Positions 1 to 8,976 of a DNA stretch of 20,774 nt are shown here, in pieces. The stretch's first letter is position 1, and every line of letters begins with the position of its first letter. A program made the translations under genes and the position numbers. The notes under the pieces were generated by a model. The model searched no databases. It saw only the letters and a program-made list of their open reading frames with translations, and had not been told where the DNA came from. Origin of the DNA: Clostridia bacterium. Its GTDB lineage: Bacteria > CBDUZB01 > JAGLHV01. Location: assembly GCA_030637025.1 (NCBI GenBank), contig DAOVVV010000004.1, positions 62,001-82,774 on the forward strand, read 5' to 3'.

Positions 1-1424
1 TATAAAGTTTTTTTCATATAAATATTTCCCAGATTAATTCGGGCTGATTCAAAATATGGATTTAACTGCAAACTTTTTTTATATTCTCTAACTGCATCAT
101 CGTATAAACCCTTACACTGATAATCCCAGCCCAGATCAAAACGAAGCCGGAAATTATCGGGATATCGTTTGCAAAGGATTAAATCTCTGGTTAGTGCGTC
201 TCTCCGATTAAAATTTTCTTTTATTACTCTGAAGGAATAACCTACTAAAATAAAAATTAAAAAAATTTTTACCAGGTTTTTCATTAAGGAAGATTTTAAA
301 CTAACCAAAATATAGTTAAAGCCTATCGCCAATAACAAACACCCTCCTACTGAGGGAATATACAAATAGCGGCTTGAAAAAAAGTGACGAAAAGGAAGTA
401 ATATTATCATAGGAAAAAGATTTAAAAAAATCCATAAAAAACACCAAAATATTTTTTTAGTAGTATATCTATATAATCCCACACCGAACAATACGACAAC
501 AGTATTTACTACTATGCCCAGCAGAAATACCGGGTCGGTTAAAGATACAGGCACATGCAAAGCGTAATAAGAGCACAAATTAACAGGGAAAACTAACAAT
601 TTAATATAATAAAAACTAAAGGCAACCATTTTTAAAACATCAAAATAGATTTGATTTTCTTTAAACGAACAATTAAAAATTGATCCCGTTATGTCTTGTA
701 AAAAACATACCCTAACCCAAAGGTAGAAAATTGTTATTAAAATATAACCGGAATAAGAAGATATCATTCTTTTAATAAATTTATTCTTTTTTTGTTCAGG
801 AAGAAAACAATAATCATAAGAAATAATTATTAAAGGCAAAACGATACTAACTTCTTTGGAAAATAAAGCAAATAAATAAAAAAAATTCGACAAAACCCTT
901 AAACATAGCAGAGATTTTCCTCTTTTTTCTTTTCTTTCTTCAATTTTTACATATAAATAAAAAGATAATAATAAAAACATACAAGCCAATAAATTTTCAT
1001 TAAAAGTAATACAGGACACTGCCTCAACATGGTTGGGATAGGAAACAAAAAACAATCCGGATAAAAAGGCTACTTTTTTATTTGCGAATAGAAAATAAGC
1101 CAGGAAATATACTAACAGAGCATTAAAAATATGATTTAAAATATTTGAAAGATAATATCCAAAAGGATTTAACTTCCATAGTTTATAATTAATAAAATAA
1201 GACAGGGTTGTTATCGGACGGTAACTAATACCTTGTGTTTCTTTGGAAAAATTAAAATAATTTTTATTAAAAAGATCGGGAAGATTACTAAAATCTTTAA
1301 TAAAATCATTATTTTCTATATGCTTATGATCTTCCCAAATAAAAGAATTACTTAATGAATTGGCATAAATAACAAAGCCAAAAACAATAATCAGAACAAT
1401 GTATTTTATATGAATTTTTATCAT
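1..1424 (-). CDS. TMTC-like (GT-C fold) multi-pass membrane protein with C-terminal TPR repeats, putative glycosyltransferase; 3' end runs off the window
   Basis: Absent from the ORF track (no stop in window). Manual translation of several segments in one frame from ATG 1424: MIKIHIKYIVLIIVFGFVIYANSLSNSFIWEDHKHIENN...SYRPITTLSY...NPFGYYLSN...PNHVEAVS...ALFSKEV...SRYLYIPSVG...DLGWDYQCKGLYDDAVREYKKSLQLNPYFESARINLGNIY (TPR). Confidence 0.88.
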   Translation of the reverse strand, partial: MIKIHIKYIVLIIVFGFVIYANSLSNSFIWEDHKHIENNDFIKDFSNLPDLFNKNYFNFSKETQGISYRPITTLSYFINYKLWKLNPFGYYLSNILNHIFNALLVYFLAYFLFANKKVAFLSGLFFVSYPNHVEAVSCITFNENLLACMFLLLSFYLYVKIEERKEKRGKSLLCLRVLSNFFYLFALFSKEVSIVLPLIIISYDYCFLPEQKKNKFIKRMISSYSGYILITIFYLWVRVCFLQDITGSIFNCSFKENQIYFDVLKMVAFSFYYIKLLVFPVNLCSYYALHVPVSLTDPVFLLGIVVNTVVVLFGVGLYRYTTKKIFWCFLWIFLNLFPMIILLPFRHFFSSRYLYIPSVGGCLLLAIGFNYILVSLKSSLMKNLVKIFLIFILVGYSFRVIKENFNRRDALTRDLILCKRYPDNFRLRFDLGWDYQCKGLYDDAVREYKKSLQLNPYFESARINLGNIYMKKTL

Positions 1425-1460
1425 TTATCTCAGAAGACAATCCGGATATGGCTCAATTAA

Positions 1461-1868
1461 TTAAAAATGTATTTTCATTGCCCGGGGAGGACAGGCCGTT
1501 ATACATAATCCACAAGCAATACATTTTTCATTATAAAAATTTATTTTACGGGTAGAGGGGTCTACCTGCAAAGCACCTGTCGGACAAATAGTTACACAGG
1601 CCCCGCAATGAGTACACCTTTCTTCATTGCGGCTAACATCCTGACTTAAAAGCTGAACTTTTACTCCTATATTGGATAAATATTTAATACTCTTTTTATA
1701 ATCCGAATCCGTCCCTTTCAGTTCCAAAACCAATAACCCTTCTTCGCGGGGAGTAACATATGCTTTTAAAATATTAAACTCTAAATTATAATCTTTAACC
1801 AATTTGTATACTATAGGCTGATCTACTAATTGATGCGGAAATTTTAAAACAATTTTTTTAGCAATCAT
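1461..1868 (-). CDS. NIL domain + 2x[4Fe-4S] dicluster ferredoxin (resembles the MA1822-type iron-sulfur subunit of aspartate-semialdehyde sulfurtransferase)
   Basis: N-terminal NIL-like segment (QPIVYKLVKDYNLEFNILKA...EEGLLVLEL); two CxxCxxCxxxCP motifs (CTHCGACVTICP, CIACGLCITACP); AGGAGG SD at 1874-1879. Confidence 0.9.
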   Translation of the reverse strand: MIAKKIVLKFPHQLVDQPIVYKLVKDYNLEFNILKAYVTPREEGLLVLELKGTDSDYKKSIKYLSNIGVKVQLLSQDVSRNEERCTHCGACVTICPTGALQVDPSTRKINFYNEKCIACGLCITACPPRAMKIHF

Positions 1869-1940
1869 CGTTACCTCCTGTTTTTTTTGTTTTATACTTT
1901 TTTATCAAATTCAAGCAACTACCCTACAGCAAACCATAGA

Positions 1941-1992
1941 CCCTTCGACTCCCTACAAGGAAGTTTATGCTGAACAAAACGAAGTGCTCAGG
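1941..1992. repeat. Degenerate REP-like palindromic repeat (CCCTTCGACT...GCTCAGG type)
   Basis: cccttcgactcc...gtttatgctgaacaaaacgaagtgctcagg resembles a widespread intergenic repeat I recall; pairing is decayed and there is only one copy in the window. Confidence 0.4.
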
Positions 1993-2008
1993 ATCAATGA
2001 AACTTGGT

Positions 2009-4096
2009 CTAAATTTCACCTTTTTCATATAATTTCACAAAAACTTTAACCACCAGGGGATCAAATTGGCTTCCACTGTTAACTAACAGTTCTTTTATAG
2101 CTTCGGCTTTCGGTTTTGCTTTCCGATAGGGCCGGTCTGAAGTCATTGCTTCAAAAGCATCAACTACACTTACAATTCTTGCCCCTATAGGAATTTTTTT
2201 TCCTTCTAATTTATCCGGATACCCTTTTCCATCAAATCTTTCATGGTGGTGTCTAATTACCCTTGCACTTATCTCCATCCCTTCTATTTTAATCAGCAAC
2301 TCATAACCGTCTACCGGATGTTTTCTTATTATCTCCCATTCTTCTTTAGTTAAAGTTTCTTTCTTATTCAAAATGCTTTTAGGAATAAATATTTTACCTA
2401 TATCATGCAATAATATTCCGGCGAAAAACATATCCTGAAAAAAACCTTTTTCTTTCGTTTCCGCATATTGTAATTCAGCCAGTAGTTTTTGTGCATATTT
2501 AAAAGTTTTTTCCACATGCTCATAGGTATAAAAGGGATCCATTTTATTAACAGTCATAGCAAAGGCAGCAACAATATTCTTGAAATTTTTTTCTACTTTT
2601 TGATAGGCATCGTACAGTTCTTTACTTAATTTTGTTTTCTCATGAATTTTTTGACGCAGGTCACTAATCAAAAAGGCATTTTTTATATTCATAGCTACAT
2701 CATCAGCAAAACCGCTTAAAATTTCCACCTCATTTTGTGTATATTCACCTTGCTCCCTTCCTCCTAAACAGAAAATACCCAAAATTTTCTTTCCATAACG
2801 GCTGGGAATTATTAAACTTGTTCTTAATAATTCCATCTGAACTTGTATATTCTCTAAAAGCATCATTTCTTCTTTTTCTTTCAAAAATTTATCGCTTTGC
2901 TGCCATTGTTTTATAATATCTAATTGTAAAAAATCTTTCTCTTCTTCTTTAATTAATCCATTTTTGTAAAACTTTTCACCTTTTTTGCTAAACCAGTTAA
3001 TTATGGGAGATTCTTTTTTCAATCTAAAATTTGTTATTTTATATGGTATTCTTCCCTTGCTAGTTTGAAGGAAATACTCTTTAGTGGAAACATCCAACAA
3101 AAATATACTTACCTGTCTTGATTCTATAATATTATAAACTGAATCAGCTACCTTCTCTACCAATTTTAAAGGGTCCTTAATTCTTACCATTTCTCCTGCT
3201 GTACGAATAAGAGCTTGTTGATAATCTTCTTCTTTACTGAAAATTACTTTTTGCATCCTCCAAATAAGATAAATAAAACATATTAAACAGGGAAAAATAG
3301 CAAACACCGACGCTTTCCATCCTCCCCAGGATATTATATTATACCCTAAATAAAAAAAACCAAAATATACTCCCACAGCAATTAAAAAAGAAACAATAAT
3401 CCTGGTAACTTTCTGCATTACTATTTCGATATTCATTAAATGATGCTTAACAATGGCATAAGCCATAATCGGAATATAAAGAAAAATAAAAAATATTCCA
3501 TAAGGAAGAATGGGAATATTAAAAACCATAAAAAAAGCTGTTGACCCGGTACTAAAAGCTATTATTGCCGAAAGGAACACGTACTTAATCTGATTTTTTT
3601 TTCTACCAAACGATTTCTTGTAAAAAACAAATAACAAATAATAACAATAACTAACACAAGAAAAAAACAGAACTACATAAAATGGATAAAAAATACCCGG
3701 TTCCACATAATAATTAAAAGGTCCTTTAGGTTTTACTGTTGCCAATAATCCCGCAAAATTAGAGATTTGCAAAATTAAAGAAATGGAATACAGAAAAATT
3801 AGTAGTTTTTTCTTTATTTTATGCATATCTAAAAAAGCAAGTATAAAATGAACAGCTACTACAGGAATAAAAATTGTCCCTAAAAGGTGAATGCTTTTCA
3901 ACCAAAAAATTGCTTCTTTTTTGTTTTTAGCAATTATAATCAGCCCAAATCCTAATGCCCAAAATGCCGCACTTAAACTCATTAAAACCCAAATTTTATT
4001 TATTTCATTATTTCTGTTTTTAAAATACACAAAAATTCCGAAAGATATACTGGTAATAGCAGTTAAAATTCCCGCTACGGCAAAAGACATACCCAT
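2009..4096 (-). CDS. Membrane-bound HD-GYP cyclic-dinucleotide phosphodiesterase: HisKA_7TM-like sensor + extra TMs + GAF-like + HD-GYP (paralog A)
   Basis: About 9 hydrophobic helices in the first ~280 aa; GAF-like region (SLIIPSRYGKKILGIFCLG...YTQNEVEILSGFADDVAMNI); LLHDIGK, HPVDG, HHHERFDGKGYP, VVDAFEAMTSDRPYRK. Confidence 0.93.
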   Translation of the reverse strand: MGMSFAVAGILTAITSISFGIFVYFKNRNNEINKIWVLMSLSAAFWALGFGLIIIAKNKKEAIFWLKSIHLLGTIFIPVVAVHFILAFLDMHKIKKKLLIFLYSISLILQISNFAGLLATVKPKGPFNYYVEPGIFYPFYVVLFFSCVSYCYYLLFVFYKKSFGRKKNQIKYVFLSAIIAFSTGSTAFFMVFNIPILPYGIFFIFLYIPIMAYAIVKHHLMNIEIVMQKVTRIIVSFLIAVGVYFGFFYLGYNIISWGGWKASVFAIFPCLICFIYLIWRMQKVIFSKEEDYQQALIRTAGEMVRIKDPLKLVEKVADSVYNIIESRQVSIFLLDVSTKEYFLQTSKGRIPYKITNFRLKKESPIINWFSKKGEKFYKNGLIKEEEKDFLQLDIIKQWQQSDKFLKEKEEMMLLENIQVQMELLRTSLIIPSRYGKKILGIFCLGGREQGEYTQNEVEILSGFADDVAMNIKNAFLISDLRQKIHEKTKLSKELYDAYQKVEKNFKNIVAAFAMTVNKMDPFYTYEHVEKTFKYAQKLLAELQYAETKEKGFFQDMFFAGILLHDIGKIFIPKSILNKKETLTKEEWEIIRKHPVDGYELLIKIEGMEISARVIRHHHERFDGKGYPDKLEGKKIPIGARIVSVVDAFEAMTSDRPYRKAKPKAEAIKELLVNSGSQFDPLVVKVFVKLYEKGEI

Positions 4097-4141
4097 TTTT
4101 ATTTCCTTTTTAGAGTTGGACTTATTACTTACATTTTTTAA

Positions 4142-4170
4142 ATTTTATTTTCTTTAAGCTATTTTGTCAA
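4142..4170 (-). promoter_or_regulatory. Sigma70-type promoter for HD-GYP paralog A
   Basis: Minus strand TTGACA (4170-4165), 17-nt spacer, TAAAAT (4147-4142), about 45 nt upstream of the ATG at 4096. Confidence 0.75.
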
Positions 4171-4185
4171 AATTTAAACCTGTTT

Positions 4186-5487
4186 TTAAAATAAATAACT
4201 AAAGGCAACTTGAAAAGAACTAATTTCTTTTTTATATTTTACATTATTTATTGTTTTACCACCCCAGCCATAGATATAACCAACATCAACCTGCCAGCCT
4301 TTTTCTTTATACCCCCCTCCGAAAGTTATATTATTTTTATCCAGATCTAATACGTTAGTCAGGCTTACCTGTTCATCGGGAACAGGTGTAGGATCGGTAT
4401 AAAAGCCTATTCTCGCTGCAAAATTTTTATCGAATTCATATTCTGCCCCAAGGCGAAACCGGTCTGTTTTTTTCCATTTTAAATCTTCATCACAGTCAAC
4501 AAGCATTATTCCACCATTATCAAAATTTATATCCTTTTTCATTTTTGTCCAATCGGTTCCCTGCCAATCAAAGCTAAGCCTCAATTCCGGCAATAGTTTG
4601 TAAACAATTCCCATTCCATAAGTCGTGGGATAATTAAATTTCTGGGTATAATCCGATTGTTCATCTAACGGAAAGAATAAATGGGTGTTTTCTACAATCC
4701 CTTTTCCCTGAAGATTAATTTTTGCTCCGGACCTATATACCCCTCCGATGTTTACTTTGTCCCGGGAAAAAGAATATAAAAAACCAAACACCCCTTCATA
4801 ACCAACCCCGTCACTTTTAAAAATAATTTTGTTCTGGTAAGGAAGCGTTGTTTTCCTTGCCTCTTTTTCCCATTCCCCCTGGAGAATATTCAATCCTGCT
4901 CCCATAGATAAAGCAGAAGACACTTTTCTGGCCAGAGAGACATTATAAACTACAATGTAAAAAGTCTCTTCATAAAAGGCGTTTATTCCCGGTACTTCTC
5001 CCACCATATCTTTCCATTTAGCTTGATAGCCTACGGGTTCATAAATGCTGGCTCCCACAGTAAAATCCCCTTTTATTCGACTATATGCTCCTATCCCCGG
5101 CAAATAAGAAATAACTGTAATTTTTTGTTGATTAAACTGCAAAGGTTCTGCATCCCCCGGAAGCTGATAAAAGATATCCCCTTGATTACTATCAGGATAA
5201 TTGAATAAACCTAATATACCATTAGCAATTGAATTACTATCTTCCCCCCGGACAGTTACACAATCTATTGCCAATCCAATCCCTTTTCCTTTCAGACGGG
5301 CTAATCCTGCCGGATTCCAATAACCGGCTGTCCAATCGTCAGCTACGGCAATAAAAGCACCTCCCATAGAATTTGCTCTAATTCCTAATCCCGGTCCTTC
5401 AAATCCTCCACCCCAACAAAAACTTATTTGGATTAATAAAAAGCCACTCACAAAAAATACAAATCTTTTTCCTCTTTCAAACATCAT
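4186..5487 (-). CDS. OmpP1/FadL/TodX family outer-membrane channel for hydrophobic molecules
   Basis: Signal peptide followed by GGF...GIRANSMGGAFIAVADDWTAGYWNPAGL (FadL hatch with NPA motif); amphipathic beta strands; RLGAEY...RIGFYTDPTPVP; C-terminal aromatic (SYLF). Confidence 0.9.
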   Translation of the reverse strand: MMFERGKRFVFFVSGFLLIQISFCWGGGFEGPGLGIRANSMGGAFIAVADDWTAGYWNPAGLARLKGKGIGLAIDCVTVRGEDSNSIANGILGLFNYPDSNQGDIFYQLPGDAEPLQFNQQKITVISYLPGIGAYSRIKGDFTVGASIYEPVGYQAKWKDMVGEVPGINAFYEETFYIVVYNVSLARKVSSALSMGAGLNILQGEWEKEARKTTLPYQNKIIFKSDGVGYEGVFGFLYSFSRDKVNIGGVYRSGAKINLQGKGIVENTHLFFPLDEQSDYTQKFNYPTTYGMGIVYKLLPELRLSFDWQGTDWTKMKKDINFDNGGIMLVDCDEDLKWKKTDRFRLGAEYEFDKNFAARIGFYTDPTPVPDEQVSLTNVLDLDKNNITFGGGYKEKGWQVDVGYIYGWGGKTINNVKYKKEISSFQVAFSYLF

Positions 5488-5524
5488 TCCCCCTTCTTAT
5501 CCTTAATTATTTCAGCTCATATTT

Positions 5525-5602
5525 TGGTAGCGCCAACGGGATTTGAACCCGTGTCTTAGCCTTGAGAGGGCTACGTCCTGGGCCGGGCTAGACGATGGCG
5601 CC
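5525..5602 (-). tRNA. tRNA-Glu (anticodon CTC), CCA encoded
   Basis: Reverse complement GGCGCCA TC GTCTAGCCCGGCCCAGGAC G TAGCC CT-CTC-AA GGCTA AGAC ACGGG TTCAAAT CCCGT TGGCGCT A CCA folds as a cloverleaf. Confidence 0.97.
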
Positions 5603-5624
5603 CCAATATTTTAAATATAGAAAT

Positions 5625-5653
5625 ACCTTACTAAAAAAAACTTAAAAAGTCAA
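5625..5653 (-). promoter_or_regulatory. Probable sigma70 promoter for tRNA-Glu (and possibly the FadL-like gene)
   Basis: TTGACT (5653-5648), 17 nt, TAAGGT (5630-5625), 22 nt upstream of the tRNA 5' end. Confidence 0.55.
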
Positions 5654-5777
5654 GAATTCCCCGCAGTTACCTTTCGTAAAAAGTCTAATTCGAACAACAA
5701 TTTTTCTCTGTTTTTTTAAAATTGACAGGAATTTCCGGTAAGCCTCTTGATTAAAAAATATTTCTTATTTATTATTT

Positions 5778-7880
5778 TTAAATTTCTCCCTTTTCACATA
5801 GTTCCACAAAAGCCTCTACTACCAGAGAATCAAACTGCGTTCCACTATTTTCTACAAGTTGTGTTATTGCCTCTTTTCTTGGTTTTGCTTTTCTGTATGG
5901 ACGGTCGGCAGTCATCGCTTCAAAAGCATCAACCACACAGACTATCTTTGCCCCTATAGAAATCTGGTCACCCTTCAATCCATCCGGATAACCCTTCCCA
6001 TCTATTCTTTCATGGTGATGCTTAATTATTTCAGCACTTATTTCCATTCCTTTTATGTTTTTTAATAATTCAAATCCATCTACCGGATGCCTTTTAATTA
6101 TTTTCCATTCTTCATCATTTAAAGAACCCGGTTTGTTTAAAATATTTTTGGGAATAAATATTTTTCCTATATCATGAAGAAGTATTCCGGCAAAAAACAT
6201 ATCCCTGGAAATAAGTTTTTCCTTTATCTGCTTTGGCTGCAATTTATCTACCAATTTCTGAGCATATTTAGAAGTCTTTTCTACATGCTCGTAAGTATAA
6301 TCAGGGTCCATTTTACTAACGGTCATTGCAAATGCGGAAATAATCTCTTTGAAAATCGTTTCTAACCTCTGATAAGCATTATACCGTTCTCTGCTTAACA
6401 TAGTTTTTTCATCAATTTGGTGACGTAAATCACTAATCAAAAAAGCATTACTTATATTCATAGCCATATCATCAGTAAATCCGCTTAAAACTTCAATATC
6501 CCTTTGGGTATACTGGTTTCCTCCTAAACATAAAATCCCTACTATTTTTTTTCCGTAACAACTGGGAATTATCAAGCTAGCCCTCAATGATTCCATTTGA
6601 AATTGTATTTTTATTAAAGACTCTATCCAGTTTTTTCCTTTTTCCGCTAATAATTTTTCACTATGCAACCACTCTCTTACAATATCTAACTGTAAAAAAT
6701 GCTTTTCTTCTTTCTTAATTAAACCTTGTTGATAAAACTCTTTACCGGTTTTTTTAAACCAATTAATTACCGGATCTTTTTTCTTCAGGACAAAACCGGT
6801 CTTCAAAAAAGGAAGCCTCCCTTTTCCTGCTTGCAAGACATATTCCTTAGTTTTATCATTTAATAAAAATATACTTACCTGCCTGACTTTAATAATATCA
6901 TAAACCGAATCTGCTACTTTTTCTATTAGTTTTAAGGGAATTTTTATTTTCACCATCTCCCGGGCAATACGTATAAGTGCCAATTGAGAATCCTCTTCCT
7001 TTTTAAAAATTATCTGTTGCATTCTCCAGATAAGATAAATAAAACAGCATAAACAAGGTAAAATGGCAAAAATAGTGGATTGCCAGGGGCTCCACCCTAT
7101 TATATTAAAGCCAAAATAAAAAAAAGCAAAATAAATACCAATAGCTATCAGAAAAGAAAAAATAATCCGTGTCGCTTTTTGCATTACCACCTTAATACCC
7201 ATTAAATGATGAGCAACAATAGAATAAGTAATTATAACAGCAAAAAGGACTGCAAAGATAAATCCAAAAGGATAAAATTCTACTCCATATTTAGGGATAT
7301 AATCAACAGCCGCCAGTAAGAGTAAAATACAAGCGATAAACACATATTTTATACGGGTAGTTTCAATAAAATCTAATGCCCCCCCCTCTTTGTAACGCGC
7401 ATACAAGTGATAGTGAAAATATAATAAATAAAATCCCCTGAAGAGAATAACACTAGAAATTAATAAATATAAAGGATGTAACAAGCCCGCTTTGGAATAA
7501 AACCCCCAATAATATTTATATACACCTGATAAAAAATAGGGGGAACTCATAGATAAGGGAGTAATAAAAAACATTACTAAATAAGAAACAATTACCCATT
7601 TTTTTTCTTTTTTTAACCTTAAAAAATCTATTATAAAATGATAAAAAGCAGGAGCGGTAAACATTGCGGCAGTACAGGATATTCTACAAAAAAGAACGGC
7701 TACTTTCTCATCTTTAAGTGAATAAGCAACCGCATAACCAATCATCCAGATAATTACACTACTACAAAAAATTAAAAAACTTAAAATGGACTTTTCAGCT
7801 TGATTTTTAAAAAAAACAAAAATTACTAAAAATAAAACAGAAATAGCTCCTATCAAAGGAAATAGCGAATAAAAATTCAT
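5778..7880 (-). CDS. Membrane-bound HD-GYP phosphodiesterase: HisKA_7TM-like sensor + GAF-like + HD-GYP (paralog B)
   Basis: Same architecture as 2009-4096; 7TM motifs YYWGFYSKAG and DYIPKYGVEFYPFG; LLHDIGK, HHHERIDGKGYPDGL, DAFEAMTADRPYRK; the start overlaps the upstream stop (TAATG at 7880). Confidence 0.93.
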   Translation of the reverse strand: MNFYSLFPLIGAISVLFLVIFVFFKNQAEKSILSFLIFCSSVIIWMIGYAVAYSLKDEKVAVLFCRISCTAAMFTAPAFYHFIIDFLRLKKEKKWVIVSYLVMFFITPLSMSSPYFLSGVYKYYWGFYSKAGLLHPLYLLISSVILFRGFYLLYFHYHLYARYKEGGALDFIETTRIKYVFIACILLLLAAVDYIPKYGVEFYPFGFIFAVLFAVIITYSIVAHHLMGIKVVMQKATRIIFSFLIAIGIYFAFFYFGFNIIGWSPWQSTIFAILPCLCCFIYLIWRMQQIIFKKEEDSQLALIRIAREMVKIKIPLKLIEKVADSVYDIIKVRQVSIFLLNDKTKEYVLQAGKGRLPFLKTGFVLKKKDPVINWFKKTGKEFYQQGLIKKEEKHFLQLDIVREWLHSEKLLAEKGKNWIESLIKIQFQMESLRASLIIPSCYGKKIVGILCLGGNQYTQRDIEVLSGFTDDMAMNISNAFLISDLRHQIDEKTMLSRERYNAYQRLETIFKEIISAFAMTVSKMDPDYTYEHVEKTSKYAQKLVDKLQPKQIKEKLISRDMFFAGILLHDIGKIFIPKNILNKPGSLNDEEWKIIKRHPVDGFELLKNIKGMEISAEIIKHHHERIDGKGYPDGLKGDQISIGAKIVCVVDAFEAMTADRPYRKAKPRKEAITQLVENSGTQFDSLVVEAFVELCEKGEI

Positions 7881-8965
7881 TACTTTTTCTTTCTCCTTGC
7901 TTTTCTTACTGCTTCTATTTTTTCTTTGGCAACCTCTTTACCAAAACTCCTAAACCGGGCTAATTTAAATCCGTGTTTAACCGCAAACTTAGAAATTGCT
8001 CTTACCTTGGCTAAGGATACATTGCCCCCTACAGAGGCATATTCGTGTTTTTCTTCCAAAGCTAAAATCATTGTTTCAGCCATACAGGCATAAATTAAAC
8101 CTGGTGCTAATCCAAAATTAAAATGTAAATCTACCTTTCCCGGCGGTTGCACAATTCCCCCATCAAGAACCAAAACATCATTTCTTAAAGCTGCTTTTTC
8201 CGGAGAAACATTATGGGGAAGGGAAACATCGCAAACTATTGTTCCGGGCATTAAATCCTCCACTTTAATTAAAGCAAAAGGAGCACTGGTTATTACTAAC
8301 ACTATATCTGACTGCGACAGTGCTTCTTTAAGATTATCCGTTATTTTAATTACGTTTTTTCCCTTATTTTGCGGAATAATTGAATCAGCTAATTTTTTAA
8401 TTTTTACTTTATTGCGAGCCATTAAAGTGAGATAAGAAACTCTTTCGGCTAAAATAGTAGCACAGATACTGCCGATTAATCCCGTAGCTCCAATAATGGA
8501 TACCTTTGCCTTATCTATTTCTATACCTACATCATTAGCTGCTTTCAACACCGCCTGAATCACTATCTCTATAGTATAACTAGTCCCGGTAGTAACAGGA
8601 ATATTTAATTTTTTCGATAGTAAAGCGCCCCTTTTTCCTACCCAAGCGGCATAAGCTCCTAAACCAACTATATCGCAACCTAACTTTTGGGCAATTCGTC
8701 CTGCCCTAACCAATTTTTGTAAAATAAAAGTTGAATCCATTTTTAGTATTTGCTCGGGTATTAATGGTAAAAGAATCATCTCCCCCTCTGCTTTTTTCCC
8801 GGTCAACGATTGCAGACCAGTTACTGACTCTCTTTTTAAAGGGGGTATCCACCGAAGTACTCGCTCTACCAGATGCCTCCTTTTCACTTTAAGATTAGGT
8901 TCATTAAATCCATCTCCTAAACTCTCTACATCATGCGGATGAAAAATAAAAGCAAATTTTCCCAT
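7880..8965 (-). CDS. Acyl-ACP/acyl-CoA reductase-like NAD(P)H oxidoreductase (cyanobacterial AAR / PigE-TamH N-terminal reductase family; often auto-annotated as shikimate dehydrogenase)
   Basis: KFAFIFHP start, IVGLGAY...VTTGTSYT, Rossmann IIGATGLIG, CDVSLPHNV, VLDGG, and the catalytic-Cys motif YACMAETMILALE. Confidence 0.85.
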   Translation of the reverse strand: MGKFAFIFHPHDVESLGDGFNEPNLKVKRRHLVERVLRWIPPLKRESVTGLQSLTGKKAEGEMILLPLIPEQILKMDSTFILQKLVRAGRIAQKLGCDIVGLGAYAAWVGKRGALLSKKLNIPVTTGTSYTIEIVIQAVLKAANDVGIEIDKAKVSIIGATGLIGSICATILAERVSYLTLMARNKVKIKKLADSIIPQNKGKNVIKITDNLKEALSQSDIVLVITSAPFALIKVEDLMPGTIVCDVSLPHNVSPEKAALRNDVLVLDGGIVQPPGKVDLHFNFGLAPGLIYACMAETMILALEEKHEYASVGGNVSLAKVRAISKFAVKHGFKLARFRSFGKEVAKEKIEAVRKARRKKK

Positions 8966-8976
8966 TATTTATTCTG

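Noticed and set aside
5525-5545. tRNA-anchored genomic island or prophage attachment site
   Set aside because: I saw no duplicate of the tRNA 3' end and no integrase in the window.
5525-8965. Functional link between tRNA-Glu and the reductase as a glutamyl-tRNA reductase (HemA)
   Set aside because: The protein has AAR/PigE motifs and lacks the HemA catalytic STCNR motif; the shared Rossmann fold is generic.
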